NCBI RefSeq assembly: GCF_009914755.1
Contig: NC_060927.1
Strand: one strand, 5' to 3'
Length of the DNA: 64,000 nt
Origin: the human T2T-CHM13v2.0 reference genome, Homo sapiens
Shown here: positions 12,938-25,840 of the stretch, one piece after another
Layout of the letters: the number at the start of each line of letters is the position of its first letter
Position numbering within the stretch: position 1 is the stretch's first letter
The notes under the pieces: generated by a model
The model's input: the letters and a program-made list of their open reading frames with translations, nothing else
What the model was told of the DNA's origin: nothing
Databases searched by the model: none
Translations under genes and position numbers: made by a program

Positions 12938-15332
12938 AGAGTATTCTGGGCTTCTGTGCCCTCTAGTCGCTCAATCAAGGAAAATCAAGAAGCTGGTGTC
13001 AAGCTTCAAGTATGGGAAAGCTCCCGAGCTTGCCTTTTGCTTGAATGGAGATGAAAGGTCTCTTGAATGAGAGATTCAAAATAAAAAAAAAAAAATAGGT
13101 AAAGATTCCTTTCTGGTTTGCCTGAGGGTACTATGAGTGTTTGGGTAAAGATGGTCTTGACAACTTCACTCCTGAAGAGTCAAAAGACTATTTAAGCATA
13201 AAAGTTTTCCAATGATTAACCTGGAAATTCTAATGAGTCAATATCTTTGAAGGTAGGGAAATCAGGCTGCCATCTCTGAAGCACAGTGGGACAGTGTAAA
13301 CCTGGACCTTCCTAGATATACAATGTAAGACAGCTCCCAGTTACCATGGACCACCCATGTGAAAATGAAAACACCAGCATATCTGAACATAGAACACAGC
13401 CCCTCACCAACTTCACCCAGGATATACTCCTGAAACATAAGCCACCTTTGTGACCTTCACAGCTTTGCCAGGGAGGTGTGCAGGGCCACTCTAACCTCAA
13501 CCTTTTGCTAGTTTCTCTTGAATTTGTGAGGATCATCTTCGGTTCTCAGACTCAGCCCACCAGACTCACTCTTTCAGTCACCAGATTCATGGTTCAAGGA
13601 AGAAATCATGATTTTTTTTTTCAATCCGACTTAGAAAACATGTATTAAACAATCACTCTTTCTTGGACTGCTTTGTGGGATACACAATAACACATCATTC
13701 ATCCACGAAGTATTTATTGAATGTCTGTCCCTTGCTAGGTCCTATGCAATAGTCAGTAGGCAATATAAAAAATGAGTAAAATTAGGAGATAACCGATCCT
13801 CAGAAAATTCACACTCTCATAGAGAAACAATGGGTGAGATTCTTAGAGAGGGCTTATAAAGTCTTGGGCCAAGTTTTAAAAATTCCAATAAAGTAGATTT
13901 AGAACGGTGGAGAAATGGAAGAAAATATTTCATGAAGAAACAGTGAGTTAAGTGCATACCTTGCATATGCTTTCTTCTTCATTACTCATCATCTACAGTT
14001 CCATTCATAATTCTCCTATGTCTGAAAACCTCTACATTTAAAGACCCTACTAGTCTTCTAAGCATCTACTTCATTCTAGACTGTACCATACATTTTAGAA
14101 TTTAATTAAATGCTGTCTCGAACCACTCTGTAGTTTCGTTATGTAACTATCTCTGTCTCCTGAGACACATGATAGTCACTCTGAGTGTAGAAGCCAGACT
14201 GTCTCTATTTTCTGTAGCTCACACAGGAACGTGCAGAGAACTGTGCATGCAGCTGATCAGACACATACTGCCTGATGGCTTGTTGGCTTGAATAGAAAAA
14301 AGATGAGAAATTGGAGATGAAGAGGAGGATTTGGGAGTTGTCAACAAAGACTGAGAGTGCAGTTGTATTTGAAAGTCACTGCAGCCGCCATAATGTTTGA
14401 GCATCAAGCATAGGACCTTGTACAAAGTAGGCACTAAAGAAATAGTTTTTGAGTTTAATTGATAAGAGACTTAGTATTTCTATGGTGATTTCCGGGAAGC
14501 TAGACTGCTTCTGGGAAACGTGTCATTTGCAGGAGGAGAGATCTGTAATTTTCTGTTCAAAGTTTGGCTCCTAATAATGGAGGTCACAGAACCTCCATTA
14601 TCTTGCCCTAAATTGACCCCTTTTAATGCCATGACAAAGGATTAATCAGGTTTGTCCTTCCTAGAACCACTGTGAATTGCTAAGAGAATGTGCATATTTG
14701 TTTCTTTTCTTAGAGTTTTAAAGTAGTCGACATTGTCTGCCTGGTTTGTCCGCCCAGTTCTCTCTGGTTTTATTTCCAGTTGAGGCCAGGATACGGCTCT
14801 CTTCATCTATGATTCACAATTTTTGGCTACTGCTCCTTATGATTGCTGCATCCTCATCTCATATCTCATTACCCCCTCTCCCATTAAAACTTGTTTAACC
14901 AGGTGTAGTATTTTTTATCTTTCCAATGTAACCACAGTGCCTAGCACAGTCATAGAAACATAGTAGGCACTCAAGAAACATTTAAGTAAATGACATGCTT
15001 TTTAATGAAACTGCCTTTTTAAGATTCTCCTGCTTATTCACTCCCAATTTGGCTTATGTGCTTTAGAAATGTGGATTCTTAATCTTCTCTTAGGCTCTTC
15101 TACACAGAAGCACCAACCTTAGAATAATTGGTCTTGGACATTTTAACATCCTGCATTTCAAATTCTGTTCACTGTCTGCATAGCTAAACCTACACATGCT
15201 CTCGTTGATCCACTATCAGTAAAGTGGGAGTCTCATTACAAATGAGGTTGACTGTTTTTTATATCTGTCATATCTTTAACCAGAATTTAGGAAAGTGGCG
15301 AGAGGACCGTATTTACTTGCTTCTATTTAGTG

Positions 15333-15334
<2 letters not shown>

Positions 15335-15374
<40 letters not shown>
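15335..15374. repeat. (GT)20 microsatellite
   Basis: Perfect GT run. Confidence 0.97.
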
Positions 15375-15375
<1 letters not shown>

Positions 15376-16782
15376 TTATGGGGGGAGAGGGACACAGAGG
15401 ATATTTACATTCATGAAGCTCAAGTCTTGCTTCCTGTCTGTCATTTCCAGCCTGGTCAGGGCATCCCAGAGATGAGAGGTAAAGAAGCCAGTACACTCAG
15501 GTTAGGATCTTTGAAGGAATGAGAGGAAAACTGCTATTCATGGAGATCAGAGTTCATACTCTTTCTAACCTACCCTTTCTTCTGACCAAGTTCCTGTTGG
15601 CAGCCAGTTTAGGAGCAAGGCCTAGAGCATAAGAGAGATAAAGCAGTGATTGTGCCATCTGCAATTCATCCTGAGGAACTGTTATGTGAGCACACATACA
15701 TTTAAATATTTGAAAAGCATCTTTTAAAATGAGTATCAAAATGACAAATAATGTAAGTCAGAGAAAAATGCCCCAGCGTTTCCCTATCTCCCTTTCCTCA
15801 TTATGGAGATAAATCCCAGATGAATTTTTAGACAGCAGAGGGAGTGGAAAAAAATACTAGTAATCACAACCACAATGGCAGGAGTAATGTCTGCAGAAAG
15901 CTGCCGGCCTGGAAAAGCAGGATCTACAGTCTTGCTTGCCATTTGCAAGTATAAAAGCAGAACCCAGGAGACTTTTCCAGCCCTGGGGAGGAGACTGGTG
16001 CTGAGTCAGGGGGTGGCAGGGGTGTGTAGGGGCAGTGAGAGGCTTGTTTATTTCAGGTCTTCTCTACTGATAGCTTGAACTTCAAGGGATTTGGAAGTTT
16101 GATTCAGATTAGTGTTCCAAAGCAAGGCTGTTTCTCACAGCCTCATCCAGTCCACTTATGTATGTAAAACTACAAGGAGAATTTCAAGAAAATAGGCTCT
16201 CTAGGGAGACTCCCAGCCTCACTGCCAGAAAACGGTGCAGAAGCCGGCCAGCCAGCCAGAAAAAATGCCAGCCCTAATGAATCTTTCCCTGGTTATGACC
16301 AGAATCTCAAAGCATCAAGGGCTGTAAAAAAGAGGGGCAAGGGCCAATCAGACACTGGGGAGTTTCTGAGACCAGGCTTACAAGGAGAAAGAGTGGATGG
16401 ACTTGAGTTCACAGATAATTTGTAAACCTGCCTCTTCCTCAGACATCCAGGGTGCAGAAGTTGTGGATCTGGATATTCCAGAATCTGACTCAGCTGTGTG
16501 AGCTGCCTGTTTGCCCTTCTGTTGGGTTTTCTGGTGGCTAGTACCAGGGTAGCCCAGCTCCAGGCAGTGTCCAGACAGTCACCCAGCTGCAACGTTATTT
16601 TAAATGCAAGTTTGTGTGCTGCCTGTAAGAAGGGCTGTGAGAAGTGCAGATGAAATGAACACCATCACTTCGAGTACAGCATCTGCATAAATCACTGTCC
16701 AGTGCATTCATTCCTAGTGACAGATTAATTCCTTTCTCAGGTTTTGCTTAAGAGTGTACCATGGAATACTAATACTGTTCCC

Positions 16783-16997
16783 CAGAGACGGGGAGAGAGA
16801 GAGAGACGGAGAGGGAGGGAGGGAGAAGGACTGAGGGAGAGGGAGGGGGAAAGATAGGTAAAGAGAGAGAAGGAGGAGAAAGAGGGGGAGAGAGAGAGAA
16901 GCAGAGAAGAGAAAGGGGGAGAGAGAGAGAAGCAGAGAGGGGAAGGGGGAGAGAGAGAGAAGAAGAGAGGAGAGAGGGACAGAGACAGAGAGAGAGA
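16783..16997. repeat. GA-rich polypurine low-complexity tract, about 215 bp
   Basis: Mostly G/A with recurring GGGGGAGAGAGAGAAG units. Confidence 0.92.
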
Positions 16998-18593
16998 CTC
17001 AGATGTCTCTCTTAGCACAGTGAACACTAGGATGACAGTGTGTTAAACGAGGAGGGGTTTCCAAGTTTCCCAGCAGAAGAAGTTCATTTGAAAATTGTGT
17101 TGTAGGGTGTAGATTGTGGGGAAAATCTGAGCCACTCAGGATGTGTTTCTGCACTCTGAAAAGCTATGGGATGTGGTCTGACACTGATAGCTATTCTGGG
17201 ATCTCACCATTCGTCCATTCTCAGCCTCTCTCTTTAGGCAGGGGAGGACTATCATCCATGGAAAGAAAACAGAGCATATGATTTAATGTCACTCAATTTT
17301 AAAGATGTGAAAGAAAATATTCCCCAGAAGTACTCCATTGAAAACAGCTCTGAGAAACATGCCAAGTTCATAGAAATGTAAGACAGGAGAAGGGAGGCAG
17401 GAAGGGAGGGGAAGCATTTTACCTCCCAGGACTGATTCCTCCCTGGGCATGTTTCTGAGCCGGCACCTGAAAAATGACTGTGATGGTATTTGCAGTTTAT
17501 CAAGTCTTCTGGCAGAAGTGTCAGGCACAGAGAACTCACTTGTCACTCCAACATTTCCTGGCATTTGCTAACCACAACGAGGAACGGAGGGCAAAAGGAT
17601 TACAGAATTAAGCGGCACTGGTACAGCAGCTGGTGAGGGGCTTAGATTTAGCTGTCACTTTGAAGAAAACTCCATTTCATTTTGTGATTTGGAAGAAGTA
17701 AAAGTTAAAATAGAGGGGCTGGGCTGGACCAGTCTTTCTCAGGGTCTACAGGGAAACATCAGAGGTACTCTCAGCGCTTCAAGGGGTTTCGGCTGCCAGT
17801 TTGCTATATCAGCTCATTTTTCCTCTGGATACCAAGAGAAACCCACCACATTCCAGTGAGGTCCCATTTCCCAGCTGCCATGAAATTGTGAAATGAGGCA
17901 TTTGACTCAATCAGAAAGGTTCTCCAGGCCCTTTGCCAAGCCCATGCCTGTGCCTGTGTCTTTCTTTACCTGGAACGCTGCTCCTTGCTCGGTGTGCCTG
18001 ACCCATCTGTTTCTGCATCTCTGTTAAAATCCAGCTTAAGCATCCCCTTATAACACCCACCTGCTGCCCCGAAGTAGTCTTGAACTCTCCATCAGCTGCG
18101 TTCCCAAGGTAGCTACCCAATTGCCATTTTGTCTGAAGTTGCCAGCTGTTTGCTTTTCTGCAGAACTCCAAGTTCCTCAAGAATTGTGTTAAGTATTCAA
18201 CAAACTTTTCTGAGAATCGCCTGTGTGCTCTGCACTGAGCATAGGTACAAGAATGGATAGACCATAGCCCCAGTGCACAGAAGGGAGCCTACACGTTGCA
18301 AATGCGGAATGCATATTTTTAACACAAAAATAAAAGTTTTTTAAGTCCTCTCTCCTCATAACTTGGTTGAAATATTTCCTAGGATGTGTGATTGTTGAAA
18401 TCTATTTGAATATCAGTAGGGAAGAGAACTTTACCTCTGGGAGTATGTGTATATTAATCTGGCTCTTTGATTGTGGCAAAATAGGCTATGTACGACAAAA
18501 CTAGATAAAATTTGGATTGTGCATTCTTCCATTCAATGAAGCTTTTAATGGGTGTTAAAAAAAAGACTGTGAGAGAAAAATGAGTAAATTTTT

Positions 18594-18812
18594 TTTAATT
18601 TTAATTTTTAAGTTCCAGAGTACATGTGCAGGATGTGCAGGTTTGTTACATAGGTAAATGTGTGCCATTGTGATTTGCTGCACCTATCAACCCATCACCT
18701 AGGTATTAAGCCCAGAATGCATTAGCTATTTTTCCTAATGCTCTCCCTTCCCACACCCCATACCCCGACAGGCCCCAGTGTGTATTTTTCCCCTCCCTGT
18801 GTCCACGTGTTC
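18594..18812 (-). mobile_element. 5'-truncated older L1PA 3' end (L1PA8-16 range), about 220 bp
   Basis: Antisense L1 3'UTR (GTACATGTGCAGGATGTGCAGGTTTGTTACATAGGTAAA...). 18-bp TSD AAAAATGAGTAAATTTTT at 18576-18593 and 18813-18830. Confidence 0.92.
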
Positions 18813-19467
18813 AAAAATGAGTAAATTTTTAAGGAACACACACAGGGGTCTGAGGGAAGATTGGTGATGATAAATAGCAGACTCCTCCTTATTTTAAAAG
18901 GAGGAGTTTCTTTAGCTAATGATGAGTGCAAGATTAACCTTTCATTATCTTCTCTATAGAATTTCTGGAAAGAAAAGTGAATGACCTTATGCAACTGGTT
19001 GATAGTGCTTTCAACACAGGACTAATAAGCCTGGTATTAGAAAGTGACTGCATTCAGTGGATCCATTATCCTTCTCTTGCCTACGGACTTGTTATTCATT
19101 GCGCTGTCATTCCTGCAACAGCAACATTTTGATTTTGAATTTTTCATTAAAATTTTTTTTCCCATATTCAGCTTTTAGGAAAAAGCAGATAAATCATAAT
19201 AAAAGAAGCTCATGTCAGGGATTTATTCAGAAGATTAACTTTTTAGTATGGGTTATATTGGTAAATATTCAACTCAATCCTTTGGAATTTTCTTCATGAA
19301 AACCCAGAGTAAGAGAATTGCTCAAAATAAAACAAATCAACATCTTCGAGGGTTAAAAAAAATGAATCATTGTACTGTGTACCATGTAGTTAGGCAGGAA
19401 AATCAATAAATGCTTCATTGAAAACATTTTTATGCCAATGGTTAGAATTAAAACAAAACTTTATTTA

Positions 19468-20070
19468 GGCCGGGCATGGTGGCTCACGCCTGTAATCCCA
19501 GCACTTTGGGAGGCCGAGGCAGGCGGATCACGAGGTCAGGAGATCGAGACCATCCTGGCTAACGTGGTGAAACCCCGTCTCTACTAAAAATACAAAAAAT
19601 TAGCCAGTTTTTTGTCCTTGCGATAGTTACACCACATGTTCTCACTCATAGGTGGGAATTGAACAATGAGAACACATGGACACAGGAAGGGGAACATCAC
19701 ACACCAGGGACTGTTGTGGGGTGGGGGGAGGGTGGAGGGATAGCATTAGGAGATATACCTAATGCTAAGTGATGAGTTAATGGGTGCAGCACACCAACAT
19801 GGCACATGTATACATATGTAACAAACCTGCACGTTGTGCACATGTACCTTAAAACTTAAAGTATAATAATAATTAAAAAAAAAAATTAGCCGGGTGAAGT
19901 GGCAGGCGCCTGTAGTCCCAGCTACTGGGGAGGCTGAGGCAGGAGAATGGCGTGAACCCCAGGGGGCAGAGCCTGCAGTGAGCCAAGATTGCACCTCTGC
20001 CCTCCAGCCTGGGCGACAGCGAGACTCCATCTCAAAAAAAAAAAACAACAACAACAACAAAAAAAAAAAA
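19468..20070 (+). mobile_element. AluY (AluYe-like) split in its linker by an L1 insertion; left arm 19468-19605, right arm about 19880-20070
   Basis: AluY left arm (GGATCACGAGGTCAGGAGATCGAGACCATCCTGGCTAAC). Right arm has Ye-like diagnostics GAACCCCAGGGGGCAGAGCCTGC and GACAGCGAGAC. Flanking TSD about AAA(A/C)CTTTATTTAG at 19455-19468 and 20068-20081. Confidence 0.92.
19607..19879 (+). mobile_element. 5'-truncated L1PA3/4 3' end with a 22-nt 5' inversion, nested in the Alu
   Basis: 19629-19879 is near-identical to 37646-37885 of the full-length L1. 19607-19628 is the reverse complement of 37621-37642. TSD AAAAAATTAGCC at 19594-19605 and 19880-19891. Confidence 0.93.
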
Positions 20071-20294
20071 CCTTTATTTAGTGTTCAGTTAATTAGCAAT
20101 CCTGATTCACCATTCACCAGCCCATTTGAAATTTCTTTTTTTTTTTTCTTTTTTTTAACATCCATACACTGATTCAGTCACTCTTTCAACCAACATTCTT
20201 TGGCATTCTATGCCAAGAATGGAAAGAACAACCAGTTAGGTCTTGTTACCAGGTCACTCATCAACTAATAAGAAGGCAATAAAACAAATAATAT

Positions 20295-20654
20295 TGACAT
20301 GATCTGGCTCTATGTCCCACCCAAATCTCATCTAAAATTGTAATCCCCAAGCACTAAGGGAGGGACCTGGTGGGAGGTAATTAGATCATGGGGGTGGCTT
20401 CCCCCATGTTGTTCTTATGGTAGTGAATGAGTTCTCAGGGGATCCAATGGTTTATAAGTGTGGCACTTCCCCCACCACACCTCCTGCTTTGCCATGGTAA
20501 GATGTGCCTGCTTTCCCTTTGCCTTCCACCATGATTGTAAGTTTCCAGAGGCCTCCGCAGCCATGCAGAACTGTGAGTCAATTAAACCGTTTTTCTTCAT
20601 AAATTATCCAGTCTCAGATAGTCCTTTATAGCAGTGTGAGAATGGACTAACACA
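20295..20654 (+). mobile_element. THE1D/MSTA-type MaLR solo LTR
   Basis: TGACATGATCTGGCTC...CCCAAATCTCAT...GGACTAACACA, with ATTAAA polyA signal at 20581. Perfect 5-bp TSD AATAT at 20290-20294 and 20655-20659. Confidence 0.92.
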
Positions 20655-20703
20655 AATATCAAGACAACATCTGTGAGACAAGACAATTTTGTGCAAAGTT
20701 GAG

Positions 20704-21075
20704 TCCTAAGAACTAAATGTTTCTGTCCCCTCCAAATTCATATGTTGAAGGCTAAATCCCCAATGTGATGATATTTGGAGATGGGACTTTGGGAGATAAT
20801 TAGGTCGTAAGGTCATGTAATCCCAGATGAATAGCATTAGTGCCCTTATAAGAAGAAGCATGAGAGAGATGCTCATTATTTACTCTCTGCCATGCAAGGA
20901 TCCAAGGAGAAGATGGCCATCTACAAACCATGAAGCAGCCCTTTATCAGATACTGGATCTGCAAGTACCTTGATCTTGGACTTGCCATCCTCCAGAATTG
21001 TGATAAATAAGTGATTCTTGTTAATGCTACTCAGCATATGAAATTCTGATATAGTAGCCCAAAATGACTAAGATG
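20704..21075 (+). mobile_element. MLT1A-type MaLR solo LTR
   Basis: AATGTTTCTGTCCCCTCCAAATTCATATGTTGAAG...CCTTGATCTTGGACTT...CTCCAGAATTGTGA...GACTAAGA. Confidence 0.85.
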
Positions 21076-24000
21076 TTCACTGGTAACATAAGACACAGAA
21101 AATATGCAGGACAAGAAAACTTCAGAGAACTTTACCAAAGAAGTAGTATTTCCACTTTAAGATGAGAAAGGACTTCTCAATTGAATTAGATAAACAAGGA
21201 GTAGGCTTTCTAGTTAAAGGAGTCAGAATATACCAAGGATAGAATCATGTGACTGAGGGTAACTTCTGGGATTGAAAATCATTTTACATATGTGGAGTAC
21301 AGGGGGCAAAGCAGGTGGAGGTGGGTGTTGAGGTTGCAAAGGTGGTAAAGAACAGATCGTAAAGAGCTTTGTAGATTATGAAAAGGTTTTATAATTGTTA
21401 TTCTAGGTCCTAACAATGACATTAATCAAGGATTTAATCAGTAGGTAACATTTTCCTATTTCTACCATCAGCTCTTTCTTTTACCTTTTCTTGATTATTC
21501 CATTTTTTTAATCCTCCTTCACTGAGTGTCTGTAGAACTGAGCATATAATATACAATGTATCCTTTAATCATAGATTGTTTTTATTGCTTTCTAATTGAG
21601 TCAAGTATTCTGATCTTTTTCCTATAATGAGGATAAATACTGCCAGGACAGAAGCTAGGTCTTAAACTTTCTCTGTATCCTCATAGTATTTTACACAGAA
21701 TAGCCACTTTGAAAATACTTACTGAATAATACTTTAATAATAATAATAATAATCCTTTTTTCTTTCAATATCCTCCGATTGCTGGGATAGATGTTCAGAA
21801 GAAAAATAGAACACTTCATACTGCTTCAAGTTTTGAAGTATGTAATTAACTCAAAACATTCACACATTTTCCAAATTATTTATGGTGATACGTTAACCTT
21901 CTCTATCTGTCTTCCCAGAGTAAACACTCAAAGTCCTCATCTTTAAATTCTCTTTCTCCTACTGGCCACTTTAGAAGGCTATCTAAGTTGCCTTTTACAA
22001 AGAGTAATCTGGATGATGCATTGGCTAAACTGCATTTAAAATTGAAATATAAAAGTCAACAGTAGTTGGTATAATTTAAATATTGAAACATGCATTTTTA
22101 TTAGCTATAAAAATGTGTCCTAAAATATCTGGGTTAGTTTCTCTGTGCTGTGCTGTGGCACTGAATGCCCCCTGTTCAGTCCACAAGAATACATGGTGGT
22201 CTTGAACAGAACAGGCTGAATGTCACCCTGAGCAGACCTGTAAGAAGGGGTTAGTTACAGATGTGTGTCTCTAAAGAAGATTGCCACAAGTCACTGCTTC
22301 AGATTATGTTGCAGTGACCCCATCCCCTTCAAAGCCCATTAACTCCCCGGTCAAATGAAGAAACATAGAAAGTTGTATTCTCAGTTCCTTCCTTCAGATA
22401 CAATTGGGCTTAAAGTGGGTGTTAGATAGATGTTGGAAATGGTGCCTTCATGAAATGAAAATGTGTAAGCTAATTATGCAGTCAGTAATGCTGGGCCAAG
22501 TCTCCCAAACGCAAACTTAGGAGCCAAAACATATCTCCATAAACACACGAATTTCAATTAGTGGTTAGAGCCTCCAGTACACCATAATGCCAACGTTGAT
22601 ACACTCTGGAATACAAGGAAGTACCAGGGTGGAAGCTTTTTTGCCTTACAGTCCTCCTTAAGACAATTTATTTTTGTTTACTAGGCTTTATGCTAATTGG
22701 TCATTTTTGACAGATCTAAGTTCTGACCGTGTGCTGTATCTGCTTCCTCTGCTAGTCCTTGTCAATGCCAAACCACATATCCTTTCTCTCCCTCGAATCT
22801 CTATTCTTTCCTTCTAACCATACTTCTCTTCTTCAAACACTCTTTGAAGCTTGCATTACCTGTGCAAATGACCAACCTTACTTCAGTAGTTCCATAGCAT
22901 GTGAGTACATGGATTTTTCCATTGAGATCCTAAGCTTTTGTGAAACCCTATTTAGCACAGAGCAATAAAGAGTGAAAACACTTTAAATCTGATAAAATTC
23001 ATGATATGAAACAGAATTACTCAGAGACCTTTGCTTGTTCAGAATTAAACACTAAATCTCTGAAGGAAATCTGCTCCTTTAATATCTAAATCAAGAAGTA
23101 AAAAAGGTAGACATATTTTTTGACAGCCTCTGGGGTGGCAGAAATTGGCTACAGTTCTGTGACTAATGAAGACCCCAGGAGAGCAACATAAATTACACAA
23201 AATAAAATTACAAATGAAACTTTTCTCATAAAAGTCTTGGTCATTTTTTGAGGTAGATGTATTTTGATTTATACCAATGACTTACTACTCTTGTGTATGT
23301 TAAGAGGGACTGGTTTCCTCAATAAGATGAAAAAAGAACTAGGTCCAGAGAGACAGAAATTTTAGCAAATATTTTTTATTCTCCCTCTGGGTCCCAGGCC
23401 CTCCCACCCACTCCAACCCACAGAGATGTCTTGTGTAGATACACCCATCATCCCTTAAAAGAGATACAGTAAAGTGGCATCATTAAATTGCCATCAATAC
23501 CTCTGATATAAGCCTAAAAGCCCCAAGTATTTCCTTTTTATTCAGTTAACAAATATACATCAAGAATTTTCTATTTTCTAGGGAATGGAAATACAGAAAT
23601 AAGAGAGACAGAATGGCTTTCACTTTAATGACACTTAAAATCTACTAATACTTTTCATTCCCCAACTTATATGAACAAGTCTTCTTACTCCTGACTTAAT
23701 CTACAAGCAACTGAGAGGAAAAATATGCACTAACCTGGCAAAAGGCTAAAAGACTAAATGCATGGTTTTGAATGCCCATCTCAAGGAAAACACTGCTATC
23801 ATGCCAACTGTAGCATTTCCCTAACATTTCAAAACATCTTCAAGCATGACTACTGTGGTTGGGATCATCAAAGTATCAAAATTGACAAATAGTCCATTAA
23901 CAAGGCCTTGAGAAAATTTTTTTTTTCCTTTTCTACACAAAGTCAATGCATATACTATTTTGGGGCTAAGTTAGTTCTCTGAAGTTATATTAACAGCCAG

Positions 24001-25694
24001 CTTCTGTGCAATCAATGGAAATACATTGGCAGGTATATATTAACTGAGTACAAACTGAAGTGCAAAAACAAAGGTCAAGATGAAGACTGAGGTGAAGGCA
24101 CTTGAGGAAAGATGGTGTAGCCATGTATTCCAGGAAGTAAAGGGAGGCCTAGTAGGTCCCAGGCACAGCCAAGCCATTTGTCCTTGGCTTGTCTGCATTC
24201 TGATGCAAACTGTTGGATGTTCTGTGTGCCAGCTCTTTGGTCATCATACAGCTTTAATTTACAGGATGTAAAACCACAATATTAATTCTCAAATTACAGA
24301 ATTAACATTAAGAGTCTTCCTGTTTCATAAAATGGGTGATAATGCAATGTGGAAGCTGTTTAGTGGTTCCTACAGATCAGCTTCCCACAAATGCCAGAAC
24401 TGGTTGCTTTTCAGTCAGAAACAAGTATGCCAAGTCATTTCTATTCAAGGTCATATTGCGGCTTCACTCAGAGGATTACTCTGAACCCAAAAGGTCACAA
24501 TTTCCCCATTAAGGTGGCAAAAAGTAATTGGATCTACCCACTGCATAGTATTTATATTCTCCTTTCAACTTGCCTCTAAATCACACGAAGGAAGAGGATG
24601 TGCATTCCGTTATTCTGAAGTCTCCTTGGTGTCTAGAAAAACTATTGTCCCAACAGCATTTATTCATCTGTCTATTTATTCATGTCAAGTATTTATTGAG
24701 ATCTTTAAAAATACATAGGGCTTAGTAGGTGATGGTATACGCTTTTTGAGATGCGGGACAATATCTTGCCTAACTTTATATCCTAAGCAGCATCAAGTGC
24801 AGAGCTTTTCATGCAATAGGAACTCTTTAAGTACTTCTTAATTTGTATCTAAAATTATGTTCATATACCTACTGAATCCTCAGTGTGGTTCAGGAGCCTG
24901 GTTGTTAAGCAAAACAGCCAATATTCCAGTTTTGGGCAAGAAAAATCTATATTCAGAACAAAGAGAGAGAGAGCATGTGGATTGAAGGCCCACAGAGAAG
25001 GTTGTACTTAAGATGGGTCTTGAGATTCAGAAAGGCAAAGAGAGGAGAAAGAACATTTTCCCTTCCCACACTGTTCCGGGGAAGGCTCGAAGGCTTTACA
25101 TAATGCATGTTTGGTATCAACATTGAGCCAAAATATGAAGTCCTGAAGAAAATTTTCCTAAGCCTCCGTTTTCTCATTTGTAAAGTGGGAATACTAGTAA
25201 CTGTTGTGACAGCTGACCATTGCCATGTAAGCAAAAGAAAGTTTTTGGAAATATTTGATCGGGTAATGGCACTGGTTTATATTTCAGTGCATTTATGGCC
25301 ATTTCCTGGCTATGTATCCTAGGGAAGTTTTTTGTTTTTTTTTTTTTAATGTCTCAGATCCTTAGTTTCCTCTTTGGTTTTTAAGATTAAACTAGGCAAT
25401 ATGCGTAAAGCATTTAACATCAGAAATACTTATATATAAACACATAGAAAATGATGACGAGTAATTAATTTTATTAACATTATTATATATTTGGGTATTG
25501 TTTCCCAGGGAAACTGCAAGTAAAAATAGAATATAGATAAAACTAAAAGATGCAATAGGAACCTCCTAATCATTTTGATAGCTGTGGCATAGCTGTTTTC
25601 TCCAAGACAGCATAAGCACTTGTTGAAAATCTACTTATTTTCTAAGGACTTGTCAGAGCTGATTGATTGAATCCTTATAACAAGCTTGCATGCT

Positions 25695-25840
25695 GGATAC
25701 TTATTTTTATTCCTATTTTTGGATGAGAAAACTGAGGCTTAAAAAAATTCAGTAACTTACATATCCACACACCAATTACAAGTGTGAGACAAGATTCAAG
25801 GCTGATGTGTTTAGCTGTAATATCTATGCTTTTCCTTAAG
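25695..25840 (-). mobile_element. MIR SINE fragment
   Basis: ATTCCTATTTTTGGATGAGAAAACTGAGGCTT...AGTAACTT matches the antisense MIR core. Confidence 0.7.
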
